In this document: one piece after another, positions 1 to 12,420 of the stretch
How the letters are laid out: each line of letters opens with the position of its first letter
Numbering within the stretch: position 1 is the first letter of the stretch
Source: Callorhinchus milii
Taxonomy: Eukaryota
Length of the DNA: 64,000 nucleotides
Assembly: GCF_018977255.1 (NCBI RefSeq)
Contig: NW_024704744.1
Location: forward strand, 16,430,001 to 16,494,000
Reading direction: 5' to 3'
Translations under genes and position numbers: made by a program
Notes under the pieces: generated by a model
Databases searched by the model: none
Seen by the model: only the letters and a program-made list of their open reading frames with translations
What the model was told of the DNA's origin: nothing

Positions 1-1189
1 TGTTCACAAGGAGGTGTTTTCAAACAAAGAGTTAAATGCATTGCCTTACATGATATCAGAGACACCAGCGCGTATTATACACTTAATCCAACTGGCAGTA
101 TTTCTGGAGGCTTCAAACTCTTAAGTTTAATAAACTGTGCTCATCCTTGATGGATAATAATTGAGCGGAATCCACCCTCTTAACATCTCAAAATTCACTG
201 CACCATATAAGAACATCCATTTCAACCGGTTTTGTGCCCTGACGAAAGTATAAGTGACAAAATACAATCTCGTAAGACAAATGTAGTACTTTCTTCTGTC
301 ATGGATAATTTAAAAACAAAGTGCATTTTACAATTGTCACATAATCCTGTATTGGGAAGGGTAATGTAATGTGATATGTGGGAATTATCACAAGGACAAA
401 AGTGGGTTTGTTTTGTGTCCTGGCCTTAACAACACAATTGGGACTATTCTCTCTTCCCCTCCCCTTTCTCTCCCACTGAATTCCCCCTCCCTCCTCCTCA
501 CACACATCTGGAGAATGTGTTTTCCTACAGGCTGTTCAGAATTGATTTACCACCATCTTTGATAGCAATAAAGCAATCATCTGTTTTTTATTCCTAGTCA
601 CTAGAATTGATTGTAAACTTAAAACCTTCCCGATCCTGGAGTGGATCCGGAAGATATTGAATCAGGCCAAGCTGAACTTCCAGGTTTCATCCTTCTTCGG
701 CAGATAGTGACCTGGATATATTTTAAAAGTGAACCTTTTTAAGTTAAAAATCAGTACTAGCGATGGGATTCCGAAAGCAAATCATTCCTGCATGGCTTGG
801 ATTGAGGGGAAATATTATTGTCCAGAATTTATGGGGGAGTCATCCATAGAATACAGTTTACATTTATATAGAGCTTTTCACTTTGGGAGGATGTCTCAAT
901 GTGCTTGACACTGCTGGCTGGGCAAGAGGATGTTCAAAGTTGTCATTAAGAACAGAATAATATGACTGCATTCTGTAACCTCAGGATAGTTCACATCTCA
1001 TATTTCATTTTTCTCTCAAATATTACAAAGAATAAGACTATATGTGCGCTTCTCGGTTTTCCCTTATCCTGTGCCTTATGCATTGAGCAGCTTGTTCAGA
1101 GACCAACAGTTTTAACACAAATATTTCTTCCAAATAAAAGACAATTTTTTACCCTCTAAATGAGTTTAAAAATTGCTTCTTACCTTATA

Positions 1190-1330
1190 TTTAGTGTTTA
1201 TAGTCCACACAAGCAACCCTACCTTTCCTATTCCCCTCATCTATATTCCCTATTCTCTCCTCTCTCTTAAATGCATTGTTTCCCCTTAATATATTAATGC
1301 TTTTTGCTTCCAGCAGGTGAGTTCCTTGTG
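1190..1330 (-). mobile_element. CR1 LINE 3' fragment (old)
   Basis: Resembles the reverse complement of a chondrichthyan CR1 3' end (gtgtttat..tccacac..cttaaatgcat..gagttcc); a similar piece lies at 54865-54990. Confidence 0.5.
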
Positions 1331-3219
1331 CTGAGAAGGTGACGACATCTTTGTGCCAGTGGAAGTCAGAAAAGATAGTTGCACATTGCAACCAGCTAGA
1401 GGTGCTGTAAAGCCATGGATATTCAATATATTTTGGCAAAATAGTGGGGAGGTGGAATCAAGAGTCACCACATAATTTATTAGTGGATATTTGCCTCAAT
1501 GAAATCTCAGTCCTGATTAAGATTATATTGAAATAATAATCCCAATGCTCATCTCTCAGGTTTGCTTTTCACCTGGCTTCCGAATTGCAAAGTAAAATCA
1601 TGTCTAAAAAAACATTGAGTGCAGAATGATGTCTGAACAATGAAGGCATATTGTACAAGACTTACCCTGGTCTCGCCATGTGCATTCCTTATCTGTGTAC
1701 TGTATAATGAGGTTGAAAATGAAGCATTCACAAACTGGAGGTGGCTGCAGTAATTGTAACTTTCATCTTGGGTTTGAAATCGCATGATATGTTAGCACAC
1801 ACTAAAAATGTGAAACAAAATGACAGAACCATATTGACTCAACATTAAGTGTGCATTTTGAATAGGGCTTAGTGTAGTCCTTTCTTTCCCTAATAATTGG
1901 TCCTATAGATGCTTTAATCATTGCGTGGTAATGCATGACGGCTGTCTTTTAAATTCACAGCATAAAATGCAGATTTGCAGCAATTATGGCAAATATGAAG
2001 CTCACATCAAAATAACCACAGACAGGATGATTCTGGGCATGGGTATTACCGGTAAGGAAAGATAAAAGTGAATAAGACACTGAAGGCAATGACTTCAATG
2101 ATTAAGCTTGGCTCTCTCATAAAGGATATCCTCCCCCATTCTGGAAATGATACCGAGACCACAAAATAAGCCTGATTGTTAACGATTTTTTTTCTGCATT
2201 GTTGAAAATCCTTGAACACACACCCTGAGTGCCCATGTTATGTTGGTAACAAGAATCTGCTTAGACTTGGGCAAAAAATAGATGCTCCAAATTCAGATTC
2301 CAGCCTCAAACAAACATACTTAATCTGTCATCTGAACTACACTGCACGTCCTTGGTTGTATATTTAACTTGTGTCTGATGCACGGTGCACAGGGAATATG
2401 CAAACGTTATAGTTCCCATCTTTATTGCATGCTTCATTCATATTGCAGAGAATCCCCAAGCCTGTATCAGTTGACCTCTCCTCTGACAGCAATCTATTTT
2501 GATACAGGAAATCCATTTTGTCTAGCATTACTTTTAATGAGTTCTGCAACCGTATGGCCTCTTCCTGTGACTCACACTGCGTTTCCCAGACCGGAGACTG
2601 TGGTTTTGTTTCAAATTTAATCCTAGTTGTTCTGCCCGTTGAACACTCTAGCATTTTTGGGGGGTTTGGGAGGGACTTTGGGGGGCTGCAGCCTTCACAG
2701 TAATTTTCATTTGTATGAAAAACATTTTTAAACACACGGTATATTTTATTTGCTCTATAAAAAAAACCTGACATATGAAATAGAATCAAGAGGGGAAAAA
2801 TAAATTACGATTACATTTGACGCCAGTTAATGGGAGTGTGGTTGATGGGGGCAGCCCTTTATGGGGATATATTTGGCTCCGCTTAATTCCCGATCCATTT
2901 AAGTCAGCACTGAATGGTTTATTTTTCTTAATGCAGGTAATTTGATAAAAAGGGACAATGTCATTTCCTGAGCATCTGAATTAGCGGGCTTCAGATCTGC
3001 GCTAAAAACGTGCGACTTCAAGGAAGGTTGTGAGATGCTGTTCTTTCTTTAAAGGTTGACTACATGCAGATTTTCTCCCCACATCTACCGCCATTTCCCT
3101 TCTCTCCCCTTTATATTGGAGAAGGACAGCAAACTCGATTCTGCAACATCACATGTTGACCCAATCAATGGAGCTAATGCTGCTTTGGTACCTTTCTCTT
3201 GACATCTGAAAAAATGTAA

Positions 3220-3454
3220 TTGTTGCTCTGAATCAGAAGGTTGTTGGTTCAAGCCCATTTTGGGACTTTGACCTCAGTCTAAACTGCCACTCCAGTGCAG
3301 TGATGGGGGGAGTGTTACATTGACAGAGGTGCCATCTTGCGGGTGAGACATTAAACTGAGGTTAGGTGTGTGTTAAAGATCCCATGGCACTATTCAAGAG
3401 AGCAGAGAGTTTCTCCTGGTGTTCTGGTGAACAATCCCGAAGATGAAATTGGTC
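3220..3454 (+). mobile_element. Deu-domain SINE (SacSINE1-like), 5' part
   Basis: tRNA-like head (ctgaatcagaaggttgttggttcaagccc) then Deu core (gaggtgccatctt..gagacattaaactgagg..aaagatcccatggcactatt). Confidence 0.8.
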
Positions 3455-3775
3455 ATAATAATAATAATAATAATCCTTGCATTTGATATAGAGCTTTTCA
3501 CGTCTTCTAGACGTCTCAAAGCTCTTCACAGAATATACTGTAAAGTGAATTGACTCTATATTTGTGGGCGAAACATGGCAACCAATTGCGCACAGCAGTG
3601 TCCCACAAATAGCCGCGGATTGAAGTGATCAATTTATTATTGTTTTTTTTCTTGAGGGATTATTATCAGGCGTGTGGAGTAAACAAACTTGTCCAAGGTT
3701 TCACCCTGCCGGGAATCGAACCCAGGTCTCTCGCTTGTGCGGTGAGTGCTCTAACCACTGAGCTACGGGACTCCA
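3455..3775 (-). mobile_element. Young tRNA-derived SINE, full length
   Basis: Minus strand reads GGAGTCCCGTAGCTCAGTGGTTAGAGC (A box) ..GGTTCGATTCC (B box), body, L2-type stem-loop and (ATT)n tail; near-identical to copies at 26.2, 34.8, 37.2 and 47.0 kb. Confidence 0.92.
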
Positions 3776-4064
3776 CATTGGTGGGAGCTGGGAAGTTTCA
3801 GTTCCATTTTGCTATATTGAGCTGAAGATATCATTGGCCCTCGAATCAAGGGTGGAAACAGAGAGGGAAATTTGGGTGATCAGCTTACATGTGGAAATTT
3901 GTCCCATGTCTGCAGATGATTCTACTCAATAATTCAACATTTTTCCATATAATAATACTGTACTTATAACTGTGCAATCATTTTGTATACCATCTTATGC
4001 AAAATGTTGGCCTATCTCAAAGTGCTGCCCAGCATAACGTAATCATTATTGACGTGCTTAGGGC

Positions 4065-4207
4065 CTTATTTAAGAGGAAGGTAGATTAATATTTGATAAT
4101 CAAGGGATATCAAGAGACATGGTGAAAGGACAGGGAAATGTTATTAAGTTTCAGATCAGCCATGAGGCACAATCAGGCTCGACAGGTTGAATGGTATACT
4201 CGTGTTT
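4065..4207 (+). mobile_element. CR1 3' end
   Basis: tttaagaggaaggtagat..aagggatatcaag..agatcagccatga..ggctcga..gaatgg, typical of a CR1 3' UTR. Confidence 0.65.
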
Positions 4208-4490
4208 GAAACATAGAAACAGGTGTAGGCCATTTAGCTCCTGAAGCCTGTTCCACTATTCTATAAAATCATGGCTGATTTGTACGTCAACTCCAAAGTA
4301 CCCGCCCTTGCTCATATACCTTGATACCCTGACCTAACAAATATCTATGCACATCCAGAGAGTTCCAGATTTCCACTATCCTTTGGGTGAAAAACTGCCT
4401 CCTAATTTCACTCCTAAATGGCCTAGCTCTAATTTTAAGATTATGCTGTCTTGTTCTGGATTCCCGTACCAGAGGAAACAGTTTCTCAGG
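4208..4490 (-). mobile_element. CR1 3' end, tail-to-tail with the previous copy
   Basis: catagaaacaggtgtaggccattt..atcatggctgat..gagttccagatttccacta, the reverse complement of a CR1 end. Confidence 0.7.
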
Positions 4491-5619
4491 TTTTTATGTG
4501 CTAAAATTCTGTGTAAATCTGAGCTATCGATGAGAGCCGTTGCTTCATAAGAAAGAAATGTGTTAAAGGAATTGCTTTTAAGTTTTAAATTATTTTAGTT
4601 CTTAATGTTAGCTCAAATTTGGTTGACCGTTGTTGGAATAAATAAGGATTACACTGCTATCTTTTACTTGTACCTCAAATGGATTTATAATCCTTGCATT
4701 TCCTTGCCCGCATTTACCTTAGTCTTGCCTTATCTTTAGTTTCACAACAAGTATTTGCTGTCTAGACAGTGTCACTGTGACCACAGGCCATCAAACCAGT
4801 GATATCTCCCTCTACACCTTTACTGCTTGACCTAAAAATCGCAGATTTTCTTTTGAACACTGTAACAGTTATCAAAAAAGTAATAATATGTATACATTTG
4901 TTCAACAAACATCTCTGTGCTATTTTTAGATCTAATCATATTTAAATGTAACAAGACTGCCTTGTTTCATAACATGGTCTTTGCGATAACTGGCAGACCA
5001 GTTATTACAAATTGCTTCAGGAATTTCATCCCATTTGAGCAGATTTGTCTACTTGCACGTTGAAATGCAGCGATCAGTTTCGCGCCTGTAAATAATTCCG
5101 TGTTGGGTAATTTCTTAATTAAGGAATCGTCAGTAAGTTAAGAATGAAAATAATTGTTTCACTGGGAGTGCACTAGACCTCAAAGATGACTGAGCAATCT
5201 CTTCTCGAGTTAGCAGGATATTAAAAGTCTTCCATGAGAGATTTGGAAAGTACACTGAGTGTGTTGTGCACTGGAATTGATTGCATGTCATTGGAGTCAT
5301 GCAACTGAGATGCAGAGAACAATTACTTGCCTGAGACTGTCTGTGTCTCTTAGACCAACCAAGTCAAACCTTACTATTTTGAAATATATACAGCACTTGG
5401 ATATTTCAGGGCTCTCTCCCCGGGGGCTTCATTACATCCAGAATAATAAGTACCTGGGAATGATTGCGAGGCAGTAAGCTCACTGAGAGCTTTTGATCAC
5501 TCAAATTAAGTGAATGATGTTTGCACTGTTTATTTGATGAAATAAAGAAAAGCTGGTCACAAGCTTCTCTGAAAAGGGTCATACCCGAAATAACAGTAAT
5601 ACAATACAAATTACAATAC

Positions 5620-6690
5620 AAATTTGCATTTATACAACACGAAACTTGGCACCTGAGCTTGGGTGGAATCGACGGGGATGAGGAGGGAAAAGTGACTGAA
5701 GGCACGGTCGAAGAGAAAGGCTTTGAGACACACAGTGAAAGAGGTGAGGGAGGGGGCAAATTATAACAACAACAACAACAACTTGGATTTATATAGTGCC
5801 CTCCATGCCGAATGGCGTCTCAGAGAGCTTCACAGTAACGGATTCTGAGGCCGAGCCAGGGGGAGGGGGTCGAAAAGAAAGGTCTTCAGCAGGGACCTGA
5901 AAATAGGAAGAGAGGGAGTGAGGCGAAGGGAGTGAGGAAAGGCGTTCCAAAGCCTCGGGGCATAGTGGTTGAAGGCACGGCCGCAGAGGGTGGAGCGGAG
6001 GACTCAGGAGACGAGGAGGAGGCCAGACTAGTACTGTTTTGAGGAGAGAGGAGGTCATAGAGGTAGGGGGGTGCAGAGGAGTGGAGGGATTTGAATACAA
6101 GCATGAGGATCTTGAAATCGATCCTCTCTGGGATAGGCAGCCAGTGCAGTCTGATAAGGACTGGGGTGATCGGGGAGTGGAGTTTCGTGCGGGCGAGAAT
6201 GTGGGCGGCAGAGTTTTGAATGATCTGGATTTTATGGATGGTAGTGGATGGGAGGCCGGTGAGGAGGGCATTAGAATAGTCCAGCCGAGAGGTGACAAAG
6301 GCATGGACTAGGTGTCAGCGGCTTTCGGAGAGAGGTATTGGCGGAGACGGGCGATGCGTCGGATGTGGAAGAACGTGGTGCTGGGACTCTGGGATGGATT
6401 TGCAGAGAGTGGGGCAGGCAGGCTGAAAATCCAACTGCCGTGAAGCAGTTCTGCTGAGTGAAGGAAGTGGCCGGGTCAATAGGGTTTGAGAAGATCGTGG
6501 AGGTAGGGTGGGATGAGACCGTGGAGGGATTTGAAGGTGAGGATGAGAATCTTGAACTTGATCTGCAGTGGGATGGGACGGCAATGGAGCCAAGGGTGGA
6601 TGAGGGTTGTAGACTTGAGGAGCCCCTTGTCTAGGGAAAGGACATGGACTGCAGAATTCTGGATAGTCTGCAGCTTGCCAAGAGTTGGGA
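5620..6690 (-). mobile_element. Cluster of three L2 fragments (about 5620-5760, 5764-6375, 6400-6690)
   Basis: Minus-strand ORFs carry L2 C-terminal motifs ([18 protein letters not shown]; [26 protein letters not shown]; LQTIQNSA); (AAC)n tail at 5764-5782. Confidence 0.88.
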
Positions 6691-6699
6691 AGTACCCAT

Positions 6700-6752
6700 T
6701 TCCTTCCTTCCTTCCTTCCTTCCTTCCTTTGTTTGTTTGTTTGTTTATTATT
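6700..6752. repeat. Compound microsatellite (CCTT)n(GTTT)n
   Basis: Read directly. Confidence 0.9.
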
Positions 6753-6759
6753 ATTGTTA

Positions 6760-7130
6760 ATAAACATTGCATTTGATTGCACCTTATTATTTTACAATTG
6801 ATATTTGATAGCACCTTATTACATTCAAAACATCTCAAAGCGTTCCATAGGATTTACTGTAAAGTGTAGTGACTGCATATTTGTAGATGAACATGGCAAC
6901 AAATTTGCATACATGAATATCCCACAAACAACCACGAAATGTCCAATTTTATTTGGGGAATTGTTGACCAGGATATGAGGAGAAACTCCCTTCCCATTGC
7001 GAATAGTACCATGAGATCTTTATTGTCTACCTGATCCAGCAGACAGGACTTCAGTTTAACATCTCACCCCATGAGAAGCAATCCCACCTCCAACACTGAA
7101 CTAGAGCATCAGCCTGAAATTTGAACTCAG
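6760..7130 (-). mobile_element. Deu-domain SINE (old)
   Basis: Tail stem, cccacaaac, gaatagtaccatgagatcttt and cagtttaacatctca match the reversed Deu core. Confidence 0.75.
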
Positions 7131-8779
7131 AATTATGTTCATCAATACCAAGGAACATTTTCTGAATTTTCTATTTGTATTTGTAGTGTCACAATTTTAC
7201 TGAACTCCTAATAGCACCTCCACTACAACTGAGGAATGATATACAAAAGCACCAGTCAATATAATACGTGTGCTTCCTTGCGTGCAGTGACTAAATCCAT
7301 GCTACATGAGTTCTGAGGAACATTTAGTACTGTACTAATCTCTCTGTCATTGCAATAATTTGATACATATATTCACACTGCTATCAAGTTTTAATTTTGA
7401 TTAGCAAGCTTAATGCAGCATTTAACCAAGTACAACAGTAATAACAACAACAAAGTTACATTTGTAAAACGCCTTTCATGTCGGGAGGACGTCCCAAAGC
7501 GCTGGTCCCAAGGCATTGTTATTTGTATTTGATCTGAAGTAATAAGTATGGTTTTTTTTCCACCCCATTTCAGTACCTGTGTTGAGCCAGTTCCACTAGT
7601 TCCAATTTAACTTCGGCCTTTGATACCAGGCGATAGTGAAATTGGTGCAACATATACACATTTGAGGGGGGGTAATATGGCATGATAGTTATGTGCCCTC
7701 TGCTTATTTGGGGCAGGATTCTCCCCCCCCCCCCCCCCCCAACCTCCTATTTCTTCCTAGTTTTTTCTAAACTGGATCACATCATGTTGAATTTTTAATA
7801 AGGGAGAGGATCTGATGTGTGACATCCGCATATCGGAGAATGACAAAGGATTAAAGTAATTCCTTTCAAATAATCTTGACTTAATGTTTGAACAAGTAAG
7901 ATTTTCACCAACTACTGCAATGTTTGCAGCTCAGATGAATTGACATCAGACTTGTCTTATCCTCTGGAATATTATTTTTCTGATTTCCGCTACTCAAATA
8001 AATTTCTAATGACTTGTACACGTGAGAAACTTACCATCACAGCAATACTTACACAATAATCCCAAGATATTTTTGCATGCGTGGATCATTAGTTACTGCA
8101 AGTGGACTCTATTAGTGCAGAGGCAATGTAGATGCACTGCAAGCACAAAATTCAGAAACACCTCCAGTTTGAAATTGCACTTAAAGTCTCTGGAGTCGCA
8201 ATTTAAAAGTGACATCTATGTATCTTGAGCACATTCCTGTTTATGTATTAACACATTTGATTCTCTACCCAGTGGGTACTTATAGAGAAACACATTGCTA
8301 TCAATTTGATATTGCAGTCAAGCTTATTTTGTGTGACTCGCTGATGTTATTTTGCTGGCTGAACATGATGTTCAAAAGATGTTTTGCACCGTTGTCAGCT
8401 CACTCAGGTTGACATGGGCTGGTTCTCAAGTATGTTCTGCATCAATATCTGCTTAGTGCCCCCGAGCGCAGTGCAGCATTCAGAACTGTTTTAAATCAAG
8501 GTTTTGAATGAGTAATCAGAGCTGCAGTCTTATTACACACACAATGAGCAATTATCTGTTAGTAGCAGCAGCAAGCAGATCAGGCCATCTGTGGAGGAAG
8601 ATGTAGATGTAAAGCAATCAGCTATAGCACCTTGGTGCACCCTGAATGAATTCCCAGCTGCCAATCTTGCTGGAAGTCTATTCTTTGTGACGTTGTAGGA
8701 GGTTAACCTTTTTTAATGTAGTCACAAGCTTCACAACAAAATGGGTGCAGATAAAACTAAGGATAAGGAAGGTGAAATG

Positions 8780-8990
8780 CCAGTTCAGATTTACTGTAAT
8801 GATTTTACACAGAGAGCGGTGAATATGTGGAGGGGACTGCCCAGGGAAGCGGATTGTGTCAGCAAATTCAAGAGGGAATTAGAAAGCTATTTGGCAAGGA
8901 AATCGATTAAAGTGCATCAGAAATAGAATAGTGTCTGATATAGGCCAAACAGACACAGTGTAATGGTCTCTTTTTGTCCTGTATATTAAA
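8780..8990 (+). mobile_element. CR1 3' fragment
   Basis: ORF 8741-8926 contains FTQRAVNMWRGLP..FKRELESYL, the CR1 ORF2 C-terminus. Confidence 0.8.
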
Positions 8991-9179
8991 TTGTTCCAGA
9001 GTTATATGAGGTGAAAAATGTGACTTGTGATAATTATCTATTGTTAAAAATTCCAACCAACCCTTCCCCCATGTCAATGTCTGACTTGGTGTCTGGTGAA
9101 GCCCATTGATTTATCCACAATGGTTGTATCCAAAGCAACCAGCTTTGAACTTGCAATACCACACCTTTTAATTTACAAC

Positions 9180-9400
9180 TCAGTAAATTGCCCAGTGCCC
9201 ATTCTCCATGTGTGTCCACATCAGCAGGTTTGTAGAGGACAAACAACCAAGCTAGATCTTTCTTCACCAGACACCACGCAAACCCACGGGAGACAATGCT
9301 GAAGAGGATCCAGGAAGATAAAACATGGCTGGTTTTATTCGCCCTGTTGTTAGGAAGGCCATGGTCAATTTAGCCTCCCCACGCAGCCCGAGAAGAATGC
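9180..9400 (-). mobile_element. LF-SINE-like remnant
   Basis: Ordered blocks cccagtgcccattctccatgtgtg / gatctttcttcacc / catggctggtttt / ggtcaatttagcc resemble the reversed LF-SINE-like body, as at 50840-51165. Confidence 0.45.
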
Positions 9401-9719
9401 TTTGGACCAAATCATTACAGAATGTAGAAAAAATGGGATTTGTTTCTATTTAATTCCAGACATCAATGTGTTGTTCTAAACTGAAGTTATTTTGTAATAA
9501 TGACACTGAGTTACAAATGGTAACCAGAAGAATCTGATAAATTAACTTGTTAATCATAATGGTAATCCTTGCATTTGATACAGCACCCTGTTATGGCAAA
9601 ATTACTCAAAGCATTTTACAGAGGTCCTGGCCTCCTTAACTTCCCCATCCTGTCCCTCAGACTCATTCAACCAGGGCAAAACCTAGCCATATGGTTCAAA
9701 CCCCACATGTCCTTCTTAA

Positions 9720-9945
9720 TCCACTTCCCTGAATAGGAACACTTTCCTCCACCTCTGCTTCATTGCATGCACCAGTCCATACCTCACACCCATTGCTGTT
9801 GAAATCCTCACTTCATGCTTTCACCACCTCAATTTCTCCAATGCCCTCCTCGTCGGTCTCTCCAGCTCCATCATTCACGAAGTCCAACCGATTAAAAATT
9901 CCGCCCGTACCCTCAACCCTCAACCGTACCAAACTCTGTGGATGG
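9720..9945 (+). mobile_element. L2 internal fragment
   Basis: cttcatgctttcaccacctc..aatgccctcctcgtcggtctc matches the L2 HAF..NALLVGL region. Confidence 0.7.
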
Positions 9946-10329
9946 GTGATCGCACACTGAAACGAGATTGAGTGTTAAAGCATATGGGAAAGGAAGAGGC
10001 ATCTCACGTTGAACCAATGGTTTATAATGTCTGAAAGCTTCGGTTCGTGTGTTGGCTGGTTGTCTGATTTAGAATATTTGAAAATAATTAATAATTTTTT
10101 TAAAAAAATTTGCAACTTTAATAAAATTAGATTTGGGTATTTGCAGATTTTTAATGCAGCAAAGTAATGTTGCTCTATTACTATTGCATTCAGCTATGTC
10201 AAAAGTCATTTCATTCACAGGCTAATCATGGATCTCCTTGCGCCACTTCCAGATGCCGCAGGCTCCAACACTCTGTGCTCAAGTACAAAGAAGCTGCTTT
10301 TGTTTGTATCTTCCAGACCTCAGTACTTC

Positions 10330-10640
10330 CTTTTTTATTCTTCAAGGTCAGTTTAATTTCCTTGTGGTCTATTTGCACAATGTGGTGCCAGTTGAGTTTC
10401 ACTTGGCCCGCTTACCACTGCCATCTGGAATCCATACCAACAATTGATTGAGTGTTCACTCGTTCAACATCCTACATGTTTCACCAAACCACAATAACCT
10501 CCTTTTTCCTGATCAACGCACATATTCAGTGACAATGTCCTTCCTCTTACTTCTGGATTCTCCATCACATTGTTCCATTCGGATTCTCATATGTTCTTCA
10601 TTTTGTTTTGCTAAACCTCTGCATTTGCTCATTTTACTTT
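10330..10640 (-). mobile_element. RTE-clade LINE C-terminal fragment (degenerate)
   Basis: Minus-strand translation with frameshifts: WNNVMENPEVRGRT..IRKRRLLWFGETCRM..QLLVWIPDGSGKRG..NWHHIVQIDHKE, matching the RTE pattern RRLRWFGHVxRM..W.P.G.R.RGRP..W. Confidence 0.62.
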
Positions 10641-11634
10641 CTGCAGTCTCTATCACTGCGCTGTGAGCAAAACTGAAAAAAACTAAAAAAAACTAAGCTT
10701 ACTGACATTGCTGGTTTATTCTAAAATGCTCATGCCTTTCCCATGTGCTTTAATACTTGCCCTCTTTCCAGTATGTGATCACTCTTCCACAGTGGACAAC
10801 TCATGTTTATGTGGTAATCTCTAATCTCACCACATAACAAATTACGAGTTGTGTTGACTCATGGTTTTAATGAGTTCTAAGAGAAATTTAGGCTCCAGTC
10901 ACCAAAACTATTTGGGATTTGCAATAAATCTCTGTGAACCTAAAGCTAATGGTAAGTAGCTGAGAAGTATAGCATGGGGAACAGTAGCGCTTGCGTTTTG
11001 CTGATAGTAACTTTCCCTCCCAGCACACAATAGTCATTTTTGCATTTGATATAGTATCTTATTACATCATCAAAGTCATCTCAAAGTGCCTCACAAGATT
11101 TAATGTAAAGTATAATGACTGAGTATTTTGAACACAAATGCAGCAGACATGGTAAGGTCACATATCAAAGGCAGGGATTATTATTCAGTTGACATTGTAT
11201 TTTCGACTATTAGCTCAAAAAGATTGCTGCAGAGTCTCCGGACAATATATGAAATGTAGTACCTCTGTCTAACTGCCAGAACGATTATCTTATTTTCTGT
11301 CAATTTATCTGAAACACAACGTAATTATTCATTCAAGAAAATTAATTTTGTCAGGGTCTGTCCAGGACACAGCCGTTGAGTTATGTCAATTTTAATATCC
11401 AAAAGCCCACATTTTGAACTGTGTATCTTACTAATAAAATTAATCATTGTACAGAAACCTCTTTGGCAGTTATACTGTAACTCACATTAAACCTGTGCTA
11501 TTCTCTCCCCATTTCAAATCAACATGGTCCTCTCTTGTGTGTTCGGAATGAATAAAAGGTTGTTAAGTACTATGGACACAGTCCCCTTTCTGCTGTTATA
11601 AATGAGTAGAATTTGTTGATTTCAGAATTGATAA

Positions 11635-11930
11635 TAATATTATTTCTAATGCTTCTCACGTGGGGATGACATCCCACAGCAGGATTTACTGCAAAGTGCA
11701 GTGACTGCATTTTGTAGGCAAACAGGGCAGTCAATTTGCGCACAGAAAAGTGCTACAGACAGCCATGAAGTGAATGAACAATTTTATCTCATAGGATGGA
11801 ACCTTTAATGTCCTCCTGAGCACACAGATGGCATGTGTAATGTCTCATCCAAAGTACAACACCTCCAACTTCACAGTGTTCCCCAAGCACTGTATGGGAA
11901 TGTCAGCCTAGTCTATGTGAGTTCAAATTC
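11635..11930 (-). mobile_element. Deu-domain SINE (old)
   Basis: caatttgcgcacag, acagccatgaagtgaat and aatgtctcatccaaag: reversed SINE body and core. Confidence 0.7.
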
Positions 11931-12304
11931 ATGCACGAAAAAGGCTCTAAGGGTTATGGGAATAGGGCAGGCAGTGGGATCGAATGGACAGCTTTCAAGA
12001 CCAGAATCAATAAATCAAAAAATATTCAACCAAGAAAAAATATTTTGTTGGCCAACCCATAAAGGTTGTCCACCATTACATTAAAATATTAATAGGTCCC
12101 AGCTTACACTAAGAATAGGCGAGGGGTAAAATTAGGAACATAGGAACTTAGGAACGAGAGTAGGCTATTCAGCTCCTCAAGCCTGTTAAGATTATGCCCT
12201 CTTGTTCTGGAAATTCCCTTGCTTGGTGAAGTTACTCACAGTGGCTGCTTATAATAAGGAAATGGAACTGGAAGTACACACTACTGAAACTGGTAACATT
12301 ACTG

Positions 12305-12420
12305 ACCAATGCGCTCACAAAATATACAGTCAATTCACGTTAAAATATATTCTGTCAAGCGCTTTGAGATGTCTCGAAGACATGATCAGGCGCTATATCA
12401 AATGCAAGGATTATTATGTT
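12305..12420 (+). mobile_element. SINE 3' half (TCGAA-loop variant)
   Basis: aatatacagtcaattcac..gctttgagatgtctcgaagacatgatcaggcgctatatcaaatgcaaggattatt; same variant at 31915-32035. Confidence 0.8.

Noticed and set aside
2364-2789. 141-aa minus-strand ORF
   Set aside because: No recognisable domain and no convincing splice-site pair around it; the length is attainable by chance.
7723-7740. Poly-C run
   Set aside because: Simple homopolymer with no supporting context.
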